Made by a program: the position numbers and the translations under genes. The notes under the pieces were generated by a model that saw only the letters and a program-made list of their open reading frames with translations, was not told where the DNA came from and made no database searches. A DNA stretch of 64,000 nucleotides from a virus: IMG/VR virus record IMGVR_UViG_3300020477_000014, positions 1-64,000 of that record, one strand, 5' to 3'. Shown one piece after another: positions 53,327-63,533 of the stretch; within the stretch, counting starts at the first letter, position 1; each line of letters starts with the position of its first letter.

Positions 53327-56300
53327 ATGGCGGAATCTAAATTTTTAAAATGGCAAGATCAGAACGGCGACGGCTTGATAGATGTCTGTAAAGTAGATGT
53401 TCCTTCTAAAGAACTTCCAGATTGCCCAGAATGCAAGCCGGATCCGGCTTACGTAGCTCCGGATTGGAAAGAGCGCAACCAAAATCAGCCTTGGTATGAT
53501 GCGAAGCGCTTAGAATATCATATTACGGTGGTGTGCGAAGAGACGTCTATTACTCCTTTTGAAAATGCCAGCGACGAAGAGGCAGCGGATTATGTCAAGT
53601 CGCTATTTAGAAAGTATCAAGAAGAAGCAATTGAAAATTTATTGTTACATTTCAATAAGTTAGATTCTGAACTGATTCGCAATATGGTTCGAGAACACTT
53701 GAATTATCATCGGCATTACTTGGACGCACGTCCAGGATCGAAAGTTCGATTATTATACGGAATAGCTTGCGAGAATTTCATCAATCTTCCGGAAAGAATA
53801 GAAGACGAGGGTGACGAACCAGAAGAAACCGGCCCAACTGTGGTTTTATACCGCGGCGATGATATATTTCCAAAATTAATGAAATTTAGAAAAGCAATGA
53901 ATTTGTATGCGAGGTATTATCGAGTATACCAAGCTTTAAACAGGGGCACTCTTGTTGAAGTAGAGAGTGGTAAAATATTTTCTCCTAAACAATTGCAAGA
54001 ATTCGGAGACAATGGCTTCCATAAAAGTATCATGCGAGATATGATTTATGGTTTGGATGGGTGGCTTAATCAGAAAGGATTAAATTTGCCCGGCTTCGGG
54101 GGCTTGGGTGGGCTTTTTGACGACAAGGTTACCAAAATTGAATTCACTTTTAGTAAAACTTATATTCTTAAAAAAATCCGAGCATGGTCGGTCAAGTGTG
54201 GTGATGTCCCGGCGGTATTCTCCCGGAAGCAATTGAGATTGTTGAAATCTCAAAGAGGCTGGAATTCCCCCCGAGCATGTGCTTATTTTGCCAAACTCGA
54301 TGAAATAGAACAAGATCTTACAGCTAGAGAGCCGGCACCATGGCTGGAGTTCATTGAGAAATATACATATCCGGCAGTAGTGGGTAATGAAAATTATGGG
54401 ATCGATGGAACATCTTGTATCGGCGATATGTTACGCCAAGAAGCTAAAGCTTTAGGGCAAGATATTTTAGATGATGTCTTCAGTCTCGGGGACGCAATCG
54501 CCTATGCTTTTAATAAAAGTATGTGTGAACCAGATTTGCACGACATTGAAGTGATGAGAGAGAAGTTGGGGCTTGTGCCGGAACCCGGTGAACCAAAGGG
54601 GCTTAAAGCTATTAATGCTCATAATGTTTTTGGTGTGGCAATGGAGCAGGCTTTCAAGCAAATGGAGGCGCGAGACACTGTTTTTGTTGAATTTTGTCAA
54701 CTTATTGCTAGCGGATTTGGAACATCAAGTGCCGCGGCAGGTCAGGCGGAAGGCGGAGGCGGAAGTGTTGACGATGCCACCGGCGTGAGTGATGTGAAGG
54801 AAGTAGCTAGTTCGGCTATTTCCGGAAATATGACTAATGTGTTGTGGAGCGCCTTGGATCGTATTAAGATTTGTGGGCTAAAGAGTATAGCTTTAGATGT
54901 GTTGCGTTGTTTGTTAAATGGCGTGAGCCTCGAGCAAGCGTTGGGGAGGATTGTCAAGAGCGCCCTCAAGGCACTCTCGATAGACAATTTTGGTAAATTG
55001 TTTATTGGTTTGCCTCCGGAGAAACAACAAGAGCTTGATGCGCTCGTAAGAAAGAAGATAGAAGAAGGAAATATAGCCAAGGACGGCGCACCATTATCGA
55101 GGGTGTCGATCGAAATTAACAGGCCGTGGGATAATCAAGCCACACAAATGAATCCAGATGCCACAGTGGGAGATATGGTGTCTCCTGGCGACGTTAGTGC
55201 GCTAAATAATGAAAAATCACAACCTACGGATCGCACTCTAGCTCAGCGGTTCGACCCGCAGGCTAATACTGAAGGGCTGGATCCGAACATTGTTTTAGAA
55301 GCATATGTTATTGCTCTCATTGAAGTGTATAGTGATGACTTGTTGTCATTAGTTGATAAATTAAATGATTTTCCAGGATATCCGCTGCTTGCACGAACAA
55401 TTGCCAATTGGGACTGCCCTGTGCCTCCTATGTTTGATCCTAATTTTTTAGACTTTATTAGGAGCGTGGATACTCCGTTTTGTACTGGCGTTGATGATAT
55501 TGTGCTTCCGAAGCTAATTAATCCTTTTGCGTGGATTCCCAAGTATAATGATTTATATGCGGCTGGGTTTGAAATGCTCAGAGTGGCAGTACAAAGAATT
55601 ATTGTGGCTATTATCATTAAATTGATAGTTAAGATTTGTGAGACTTTAGGAAAACTTTTGTGCAAAGGTCTGGGAGCCATTGGACAAATAGGTAAGGGAA
55701 ATATTTTAGATATTTTGAAAGAAGGCTTGTGTGGGCCAGGCATGTCTCAGCAACAAGTAGAAGATACACTAGCCGAAATGTTTGCTAAATTTGGTGTCGG
55801 CGGTGCTGCATTTGCCAACCAAGAAGCTACACTTTCTTATTTTGCAGACCTTTCCCAAGCAGTAACGCGCGCAGAATTATTGAGCGCCTTCCAGGGGGAG
55901 ATGTCTCCCCAAATGGCGATGATTGCCGATAATTTAATTGAATTTGAATATGGAGAATTTCGAGAGGGGCTGCCAACACCCGAGTCGATTGCTACCATGT
56001 TTGCAGACGCAGGCACTTTATTCCCCGCAGACGTCCGTAACGCGATGCAAAACTTCTTAAATGATCTTCCTCCGGATGATTTTGCTCCGGCGAATCCTAC
56101 ATTATGTGCCACTCCCGAACAGCTTGAGCAATTTTGTCAAATTCGTGAAGAAATGTTGATGGGAAGAGCGACGTCCAACCAGTCTCGAGAAATGTGCGAA
56201 GAATTACAAGAAGATTTGCTAGACGAACTCGAAGCTATTGCAGACATCCTTCAAGAACCCAGAGGGCCCTTGGCGAACGCACTACCCCCACTTATGACCG

Positions 56301-59300
56301 GTCCGGGCGCCAGTGGCGATGACTGTGTTCCCTCTTTGCTCCCATTTGAACCAGATGCCAACAAGAAAGCGGCAGCAACAGTTCAGAAAGGGAATTTAAG
56401 CCAATTGGAATTAGCATTTACTAAAGATATGCTAGGTAATGGTCCCGGAGAAAAGAACTGGGGAATGTTGAACATGGTATTGTCAGATACGATGGGGCAG
56501 CCATTAACTGCTCATTGGCGCAAAGCTAACAATCGCACAGCTTATGTTGATTTTATTACAGATAGCGAAAACGATCCGGACGCCGGTGACGACAAGAAGT
56601 GGCTGTTTTTTACAGATCCGGCGCCCACACCTAGACAATATGGGGCTCATCCTGAAAAAGTAGCCGACTGGCTTCAAAGTCAGTTATTGGAGTTGAACAC
56701 CTCATTTAATTTAAACAACTCTTGGTCACCCGCATATTTAGGATATCCTAAGACTTTCGAAGAATTAGGAATAGATAGAGGCAACACCAAAGATCCGGAT
56801 ACGACCGGTTTGGGCGACCTGGGCTATGGCGTAGACTTTAGGGTTGATGGAGAGAACCGAACTGTACGCTTTACTGTTAATGGTCGGAAGGATCTTCCAG
56901 ATTGCACATACCGATTTCGCGATAACAATAAGGGGAGAAAAGAACATCTGGGTACCGAGTATTTGTACGGATTCGACGTCGAGTTATATGTGGCAGACTT
57001 ACACAAGAACAACGGAGAAGTATCCAACGTTGGTGATGCTTTTAAGCGCGGGAATTCACGACGTACTCCAGGAGATGTGTCGCGCATAAAGGTCATGGAA
57101 TACTTTAATTTCGGAGAAGCAGACGACTCACATCTTACTGATATGATGACAGAGGACCAGAAAAAAGAATATGAAAAGAGCAAGGAAAAGACCCCTCAAA
57201 TAATTACCTCCCCGCTTTATGAATTTAGATGTAGCGATGATACGTTTTCTACTATCAACGAAAGAGACTCCATTACTTTGAGGTCCTACACTGACTTTAA
57301 TGAATGTTTTTCATCTTTAAAACCATATTCCCCAGGAGTATATCTTTTATATGATATCATTAAGCGTAATCAGAGTGTCTCCACTTTATCACTTCCAACT
57401 ATCGAATCTCACATTGACAGCGTGATGAATGAGATAAACATTGAGATGGCGTCAGTAATTAGTTCCAATCCCACACCTTTTCAATATGGTGCGAAATATG
57501 ATAATATTGGTACCAAAATGTACGATTATGTTATTGGACCTAACACTTTAGGATATCCCGAAGACACTCTTTATAGCGATGTTGAAATAGACGGAGAGCC
57601 GATCAAGGAAGCAGATGCGGTCATGGGGATTAGTTATGATCAGTATGAAAATGGAAACGAGGCTCGCGTTTTTTATTTGAACCCTGCCACTTATGGCGGA
57701 AAATATACGCGCCCGGCGGCTTACGTAAAACCAGTTAAGCTTGAAGGGTGGATGGGAATGGTTACAGTTATGTTTCCTGACTTTACGCCATGCAAGCCCC
57801 GAACTACTGATATTATAGATTTTCAAGGGATCCAAGAAGAAGTCCAAGAAATATATTATAAAATCCCAGACGACCAGCGGCTTCGATCAGATCCGGATTG
57901 TATAGTAGAAAAGCCATATAATCGTATTTTGCAGCGAGCTAGTAAAGCGGGGCTTTTGGGTCTGATCAAAGCATCTTGCCGGATATATGCCACAACACAT
58001 TTCTTAAAATCATTTGCGGCTTTTGCAACTTTTTCTCCCAAATTCCCACAGAACTATAGCGATATTTATGCGGCTTATATTGTAGAGGACATGGAAAAAT
58101 CTTTTAAAGATGCTCAAGGGGCTGGATGGGAATTTTTTAATCCTTTTAAAGATGGCGAGTTTTGGTATGGTTTTTTAGAACAATCAGTTCAGGCTTATAA
58201 TTTATTATTAGATTCTGGTGAAATTACTGATCCTCCCAAGCAAGTATTAGAAGCCATGTTTGCACTGAATGATATTCAGGCTGCTTTTGAATATCCGTTT
58301 CGTAGGGATTTACGAAAAGCAAAGAAATTACGAGAAGTGAGACTGATTAAGACTCTCAAAAATTACAGAATGGAGAAAAATCTCGAAGCCGTTCAGGCTT
58401 CCGAAGAAGCAGCAAAAGTAATTTTAAAGGAATTTGTGAAGATGGAACTTAATATAATGGGTGAGAAATTTCTTTCTAATTTGGAAGAAAGTTTAGCTCC
58501 CGTTTCAGGTCCATATGCCACCGGTACCGTTGGGAAATTTAGACCCACATACACAGAGATCGATTACTATTTTTTGCAAAACCATGTATATGGCGCCGGC
58601 AATCTGGATTTAGATAAAGAAATCAAAGAAACAGTTGATACTCACCATTTAGAGGAATCTGGAAGCGATCATTATACTGCTGGCGGCGCGTTGGCTAAGC
58701 CGGATGGTACCGAGTATTCTGGTTTTTATCACGTACACACAACAGCAGATAATGAAGATGTTTACATGGCTGGCGCGTACCATAGTGAAGACACTCATGA
58801 TGTTTTGACTATCCTAGCAAATGTAATAAAAGTCCCCATCGGTGACGTCCAAAATTTTGGAGACTCTATTGATTTAAATAGCAAGTTTGTATTGGAAAAA
58901 TATACTTCTATAAATGGAATCAAATATTCCCCAAGCGATGCCTATTCGGAGATTATGAGTGCTGCCAATCCACCAGAAAAAAACCTTTCAGATATTTATC
59001 CGGGCACCCTTCAAGAGGTCACGAATCTTGAAACCGGCGCTGTCACAGGAATCACTGGCGAACTAGGCGTACGCCACGGATTAAGATTTTCTACTATAAT
59101 AAATGGAGTTGTGTATGAACTGACAACGGTTGAAGTCGATGCTTTAGATGTCAAGATAGCCAATTACTCCCCACTGACAGGCGATAGCAAGTTGTTGTTA
59201 TGTCTCCTTAATCATTTGCGAGATGACTTTATTTTTAAAATGTGTGTTCAATATATCTTTCCAATGAAAAAGATCTTATCAACGTTGGCCATTTACACTG

Positions 59301-59779
59301 ATTTGGGGTTTTTAAATTCTATTGGCGAAGTTACCGTAGAAGATGGAATGACACAGCCTAATTTTGAGAATCCCAAACCAAGCTTTGACGAAAAGCCTGG
59401 AATGAAAGTGAAATTTCACAATTGGGAACAAACACCACCAGATTTTACTCCAAGCTACGAATCCACTGCTGGCTGGTCAAGCTATAGCGACAGAAATCAG
59501 CCGTTTACTCCATTTGTGTTAGATTGGGATGATTGGGATAGAGAGATTTTACGAAACTCTAAAAGCAAAATTAAGCGTCTTTTTCGTGTGTATTATACTT
59601 CACGAAAATTTGAACCCTTTGATGACGATAAGGGCGCCGGCACCGTAAAATCTGCCACTCGCAATTTACGAGAGGCTTTTCGAAGACCATCGTCAGCACG
59701 GATGCCTTGGTTTTGGCGTCGTCGATTGCGTCCTAATGTTTTTGATCGGAATGGAAAATTGTGCGATAAAAATGAATAA
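53327..59779 (+). CDS. Very large putative virion protein, 2150 aa
   Basis: Uninterrupted ORF in the structural block; N-terminal DQNGDGLID Ca-binding-like loop. Confidence 0.7.
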   Translation: MAESKFLKWQDQNGDGLIDVCKVDVPSKELPDCPECKPDPAYVAPDWKERNQNQPWYDAKRLEYHITVVCEETSITPFENASDEEAADYVKSLFRKYQEEAIENLLLHFNKLDSELIRNMVREHLNYHRHYLDARPGSKVRLLYGIACENFINLPERIEDEGDEPEETGPTVVLYRGDDIFPKLMKFRKAMNLYARYYRVYQALNRGTLVEVESGKIFSPKQLQEFGDNGFHKSIMRDMIYGLDGWLNQKGLNLPGFGGLGGLFDDKVTKIEFTFSKTYILKKIRAWSVKCGDVPAVFSRKQLRLLKSQRGWNSPRACAYFAKLDEIEQDLTAREPAPWLEFIEKYTYPAVVGNENYGIDGTSCIGDMLRQEAKALGQDILDDVFSLGDAIAYAFNKSMCEPDLHDIEVMREKLGLVPEPGEPKGLKAINAHNVFGVAMEQAFKQMEARDTVFVEFCQLIASGFGTSSAAAGQAEGGGGSVDDATGVSDVKEVASSAISGNMTNVLWSALDRIKICGLKSIALDVLRCLLNGVSLEQALGRIVKSALKALSIDNFGKLFIGLPPEKQQELDALVRKKIEEGNIAKDGAPLSRVSIEINRPWDNQATQMNPDATVGDMVSPGDVSALNNEKSQPTDRTLAQRFDPQANTEGLDPNIVLEAYVIALIEVYSDDLLSLVDKLNDFPGYPLLARTIANWDCPVPPMFDPNFLDFIRSVDTPFCTGVDDIVLPKLINPFAWIPKYNDLYAAGFEMLRVAVQRIIVAIIIKLIVKICETLGKLLCKGLGAIGQIGKGNILDILKEGLCGPGMSQQQVEDTLAEMFAKFGVGGAAFANQEATLSYFADLSQAVTRAELLSAFQGEMSPQMAMIADNLIEFEYGEFREGLPTPESIATMFADAGTLFPADVRNAMQNFLNDLPPDDFAPANPTLCATPEQLEQFCQIREEMLMGRATSNQSREMCEELQEDLLDELEAIADILQEPRGPLANALPPLMTGPGASGDDCVPSLLPFEPDANKKAAATVQKGNLSQLELAFTKDMLGNGPGEKNWGMLNMVLSDTMGQPLTAHWRKANNRTAYVDFITDSENDPDAGDDKKWLFFTDPAPTPRQYGAHPEKVADWLQSQLLELNTSFNLNNSWSPAYLGYPKTFEELGIDRGNTKDPDTTGLGDLGYGVDFRVDGENRTVRFTVNGRKDLPDCTYRFRDNNKGRKEHLGTEYLYGFDVELYVADLHKNNGEVSNVGDAFKRGNSRRTPGDVSRIKVMEYFNFGEADDSHLTDMMTEDQKKEYEKSKEKTPQIITSPLYEFRCSDDTFSTINERDSITLRSYTDFNECFSSLKPYSPGVYLLYDIIKRNQSVSTLSLPTIESHIDSVMNEINIEMASVISSNPTPFQYGAKYDNIGTKMYDYVIGPNTLGYPEDTLYSDVEIDGEPIKEADAVMGISYDQYENGNEARVFYLNPATYGGKYTRPAAYVKPVKLEGWMGMVTVMFPDFTPCKPRTTDIIDFQGIQEEVQEIYYKIPDDQRLRSDPDCIVEKPYNRILQRASKAGLLGLIKASCRIYATTHFLKSFAAFATFSPKFPQNYSDIYAAYIVEDMEKSFKDAQGAGWEFFNPFKDGEFWYGFLEQSVQAYNLLLDSGEITDPPKQVLEAMFALNDIQAAFEYPFRRDLRKAKKLREVRLIKTLKNYRMEKNLEAVQASEEAAKVILKEFVKMELNIMGEKFLSNLEESLAPVSGPYATGTVGKFRPTYTEIDYYFLQNHVYGAGNLDLDKEIKETVDTHHLEESGSDHYTAGGALAKPDGTEYSGFYHVHTTADNEDVYMAGAYHSEDTHDVLTILANVIKVPIGDVQNFGDSIDLNSKFVLEKYTSINGIKYSPSDAYSEIMSAANPPEKNLSDIYPGTLQEVTNLETGAVTGITGELGVRHGLRFSTIINGVVYELTTVEVDALDVKIANYSPLTGDSKLLLCLLNHLRDDFIFKMCVQYIFPMKKILSTLAIYTDLGFLNSIGEVTVEDGMTQPNFENPKPSFDEKPGMKVKFHNWEQTPPDFTPSYESTAGWSSYSDRNQPFTPFVLDWDDWDREILRNSKSKIKRLFRVYYTSRKFEPFDDDKGAGTVKSATRNLREAFRRPSSARMPWFWRRRLRPNVFDRNGKLCDKNE

Positions 59780-59784
59780 CTAGG

Positions 59785-59792
59785 ATAATTAT
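59785..59792 (+). promoter_or_regulatory. Putative phage promoter motif ATAATTAT
   Basis: Intergenic, before the gp25-like gene. Confidence 0.4.
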
Positions 59793-59807
59793 GGAGAGGT
59801 TTATTAT

Positions 59808-60176
59808 ATGACATCATTCGGAATAAAACTGCCCATCACCAGAGATGATATAAGTGGCTTTACGACATTGACTTCTTTTAAACAAACGATCAAGCAGAAT
59901 TTTAAAATGTTGTTGTTGACAAATCCCGGTGAAAGAGTCATGATCCCAGATTATGGAGTGGGGGTGAAGAGATATATTTTTGAAAATTATGGTTCAGGTA
60001 TAGAAGGAGAACTTAAGGCTAAAATAATGGAACAAGCGTCGTTTTTTATGCCTGTGATTCAAATTATGGACATCGACATTAACGCGTCAAGAATGGATGT
60101 GAATGAGTTGTCAATGAATATTTCTTATATTATCCCAGACACAGGGATACGGGATTTGCTAAAATTTACTATTTAA
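59808..60176 (+). CDS. Baseplate wedge protein, gp25-like
   Basis: IKQNFKMLLLTNPGERVMIPDYGVG...FE; P.I.I..I. Confidence 0.9.
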   Translation: MTSFGIKLPITRDDISGFTTLTSFKQTIKQNFKMLLLTNPGERVMIPDYGVGVKRYIFENYGSGIEGELKAKIMEQASFFMPVIQIMDIDINASRMDVNELSMNISYIIPDTGIRDLLKFTI

Positions 60177-60191
60177 AAATGAGGATTTATT

Positions 60192-61994
60192 ATGGCAAAT
60201 GATCAAAATCAAAAGAAACTTGTACCTATTAACTACACTAGCCGCGAATTCGAAAGTATTCGGGAAGACCTGATCGATCTGGCAGAAAGATTTTATCCTG
60301 ACACTTTTCAAGATTTTAGTGAGGGATCTTTTGGCGCCATGATGATAGATTCGGTGGCATATGTGGGTGATCAGTTGTCTCTTTATTTAGATTACAATGT
60401 TAACGAATCTTTTTTAGATACAGCCTATCAATATTCCAATATATTACGTCATGGTCGCGTGTTGGGATATAAAGATTTGGGCCGGCCATCTACTTTTGGA
60501 ACGGTGGCACTTTATATAATGATTCCCGCATATTCAGTAGCGATGGGTCCTGATAGTAAATATTTGCCTATTTTAAAAAGAGGTGCTCAGTTTGTTTCTC
60601 AGGCTGGTTTAAATTTTATTTTGACTGAGAACGTAGATTTTTCCAATCCCAAGAATTCGGTGGTAGTTGCGAGAGTTGATGAATCAACTGGTGCCCCAAC
60701 TCATTATGCAATTAAAGCCTACGGCAATGTTGTTTCGGGGCAGATGGGAAGCGAAAAAAGAAATATAGGATCCTTTGAGAGATTTTTAAAAGTTACTTTA
60801 ACTGATCCTAATATATCGGAGATTATTTCTGTTTTCGATTCAGAAGGGAACGAGTATTATGAAGTAGATTATCTTTCTCAGGATATGATTTTTAAAGAGG
60901 TTACTAATAATAATTTTAAACAAGATAATGTACCGTCTATTTTAAAGCCCATGTTGGTTTCGAGAAAGTTTGTGGTAGAGAGGGAGGGCGGCTCAGTTTC
61001 TTTACAGTTTGGAAGTGGCGAGTTGGGTGCGACAAATGTGGTTGCGATTCCTCAAGCGGTGGCATTGTCTACTTTTGGGAAACGATATGTTACTAGCACC
61101 GCTTTTGACCCCACAAGGTTGTCGCAAGAAAAGAGCATGGGAATTTGCCCCGCCAATACTACATTGTATATTTCGTATCGTTCGATTAGTCCTACAAATT
61201 CTAACTCTGCGGTGGGATCCGTTAACCAAACTAAAACATTTGAATTGGAATATTCTGATCGAGAATCATTAGCTGAAGCTTCCTTGCGGCAAATAGCGGC
61301 TTCATTAGAAGTTTCGAATGAGACTCCTATCGTAGGAGATGTAAGTAACCCGGGCTCTTCTGAATTGAAGCGTCGAATATATGATACTTTTCCTACTCAA
61401 AACAGAGCAGTCACACAGGCAGATTATGAAAATGTTGCCTATAGAATGCCTTCAAAGTTTGGATCCATAAAGCGTGTATCCACACAAAAAGATCAAGATT
61501 CACTGAAGAGAAATCTTAATATGTATGTCATTTCTGAAGACGAACAGGGACATTTAGTCAACTCTAATCAAACTATTAAAAATAATTTAAAGACATGGCT
61601 TAATAATTATCGCATGATCAACGACACTATTGACTTGTTGGATCCTTATATTATTAATGTCGGGCTTGAATTTGTTATTAGAGCCTCGGTGGGAGAAAAC
61701 AAAACTAGTCTTTTGGGAAAATGCGTTAGTGTTTTGGGTGATAAGTTTTCTGAGAAATTCTTTATTGGAGAGCCCATTTTTGTGAGCGATATCTATTCGG
61801 AATTAAAGAATATAACTGGCGTATTGGATGTAGTAAAAGTTAAGATTATCAACAAAACAGGGAGCACTTATTCCGGGATTATTTTTGATATTAATAGAAA
61901 CATGTCTCCCGATGGGACATATGTTGTAGCGCCTGCGAACGCTATTTTTGAATTGAAATATCCCGCAGTCGACATTAAAGGAAAAATTAGATAA
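60192..61994 (+). CDS. Baseplate wedge protein, gp6/J-like
   Basis: INYTSREFESIREDL, FSEGSFG, LYLDYNVNESFLDTA, QFGSG, QNRAVTQADY. Confidence 0.88.
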   Translation: MANDQNQKKLVPINYTSREFESIREDLIDLAERFYPDTFQDFSEGSFGAMMIDSVAYVGDQLSLYLDYNVNESFLDTAYQYSNILRHGRVLGYKDLGRPSTFGTVALYIMIPAYSVAMGPDSKYLPILKRGAQFVSQAGLNFILTENVDFSNPKNSVVVARVDESTGAPTHYAIKAYGNVVSGQMGSEKRNIGSFERFLKVTLTDPNISEIISVFDSEGNEYYEVDYLSQDMIFKEVTNNNFKQDNVPSILKPMLVSRKFVVEREGGSVSLQFGSGELGATNVVAIPQAVALSTFGKRYVTSTAFDPTRLSQEKSMGICPANTTLYISYRSISPTNSNSAVGSVNQTKTFELEYSDRESLAEASLRQIAASLEVSNETPIVGDVSNPGSSELKRRIYDTFPTQNRAVTQADYENVAYRMPSKFGSIKRVSTQKDQDSLKRNLNMYVISEDEQGHLVNSNQTIKNNLKTWLNNYRMINDTIDLLDPYIINVGLEFVIRASVGENKTSLLGKCVSVLGDKFSEKFFIGEPIFVSDIYSELKNITGVLDVVKVKIINKTGSTYSGIIFDINRNMSPDGTYVVAPANAIFELKYPAVDIKGKIR

Positions 61995-63532
61995 TGTTAT
62001 TGAGATTCACCGCTAGCGCTGACAACACGATTGTCAATGCTTATCAACAAAATCTGAGAATCCGCGGAACCGGTTCAAATGCGGGAATGGCAGATGTAGT
62101 AGAGGTGTTTTCTATATATGGTAGACAAACCCCGCAAACCCCTACCCAGAGTGGCTCACAGGAGCTATCGAGATATTTGGTTAAGTTTCCTATTAGTGAG
62201 ATTTCTGCATCTCGTATGTCGGGGATGCTTCCGGAAGCCGGTAAGGTTAGTTTTTATTTGCGTATGTTTAATGCTCAAACATCTAAGACGGTACCGATAG
62301 ACTACAAGCTCGGAATTCATAAAATTACTCAAGAATGGCAAGAGGGAATCGGTTTAGATTTGGAAGGATACAAGGATCTTGTTAAGGGAAACATCGGATC
62401 AGACTGGATCCAAAGGAAAAAGGGCGCCAATTGGACAACTGTTGGCGGTGCTTATGCTAGTGTTCCTGGAGTCGATTATTTTGAACAATACTTTGAGAAC
62501 GGGCTAGAAGATATGGAGGTGGACGTAACTCCACTAGTGGAACAATGGCTAGATCCAGATCCCACTTCTTCTTATCCAAACTTTGGTCTTCTTGTAAAAT
62601 TAACATCTAGTCAAGAAGCTTATTTCTCTAGCTCAACTGGCTTGAATTCAGGCAGCGTTATTCACAACCCTGATGGGGCAACGACTTCTTATTACACGAA
62701 ACGATTTTTTGCTAGAGGAAGTCAGTATTATTTTAAGCGTCCAACGTTGGAGGCGCGCTGGGATAGCGCGCTAAGAGACGATAGGGGTAGTTTTTATTTT
62801 AGTAGTTCTAGAGCCCCAGCAGCAGATAATTTGAACACTCTTTATTTTTATAATATAGTAAGAGGAAGACTTGTTAATTTGCCGGCTGTTGGTACCGGCT
62901 CAATTTTGGTTAGTTTTTATTCTGGATCTGTGACAAACGAATATCCATCAGGCTCTAAACTTATTGTTAACTCCACCCAGTGGAATGTGACGGGCGGATA
63001 CGTGTCTCCGGGTATTTATTCTTGTTCGGTGGCTATAGCCTCTTCTTCAATTAAGACTCTTTATGATGTTTGGCACAGCGGCTCGGTTCAATATTACACT
63101 GGCAGCATTGTTCCACAATCTATTGATACGGGAGATTCACAAGCTACAGACGTTTATTATATGAATATAACGAATTTACAAGAACAATATTCTCACAAAG
63201 ACACAGTTCGTTTGAACTTATACGTAAGAAATAAAGATTGGCAGCCAACTATTTATACAGTGGCTAACAACACTCCCATGGCGGTGCCGATTGTTAGCGC
63301 ATCTTATCGAGTGTATAGGTTGTTGGATGGATATAGTGCAATTCCCTATGGTACTGGCTCAGACAAGCACACCGTGTTATCATATGATACTAATGGAAAC
63401 TACTTTAAATGTGATATGCGCTTATTGGAGCCCGGTTACGATTATGGGTTTAAGTTTGCATTTTATGATGAGGTCCTTAAATCCTGGGTTGAACAAGCGC
63501 CGGTTTTTAAATTTAAAGTAGTAGAGTTATAG
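61994..63532 (+). CDS. Putative baseplate/tail structural protein
   Basis: 512 aa, TAATG-coupled to the wedge gene; beta-rich, SRYLVKF...W.EG.G, DMEVDVTPLVEQW. Confidence 0.6.
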   Translation: MLLRFTASADNTIVNAYQQNLRIRGTGSNAGMADVVEVFSIYGRQTPQTPTQSGSQELSRYLVKFPISEISASRMSGMLPEAGKVSFYLRMFNAQTSKTVPIDYKLGIHKITQEWQEGIGLDLEGYKDLVKGNIGSDWIQRKKGANWTTVGGAYASVPGVDYFEQYFENGLEDMEVDVTPLVEQWLDPDPTSSYPNFGLLVKLTSSQEAYFSSSTGLNSGSVIHNPDGATTSYYTKRFFARGSQYYFKRPTLEARWDSALRDDRGSFYFSSSRAPAADNLNTLYFYNIVRGRLVNLPAVGTGSILVSFYSGSVTNEYPSGSKLIVNSTQWNVTGGYVSPGIYSCSVAIASSSIKTLYDVWHSGSVQYYTGSIVPQSIDTGDSQATDVYYMNITNLQEQYSHKDTVRLNLYVRNKDWQPTIYTVANNTPMAVPIVSASYRVYRLLDGYSAIPYGTGSDKHTVLSYDTNGNYFKCDMRLLEPGYDYGFKFAFYDEVLKSWVEQAPVFKFKVVEL

Positions 63533-63533
63533 C

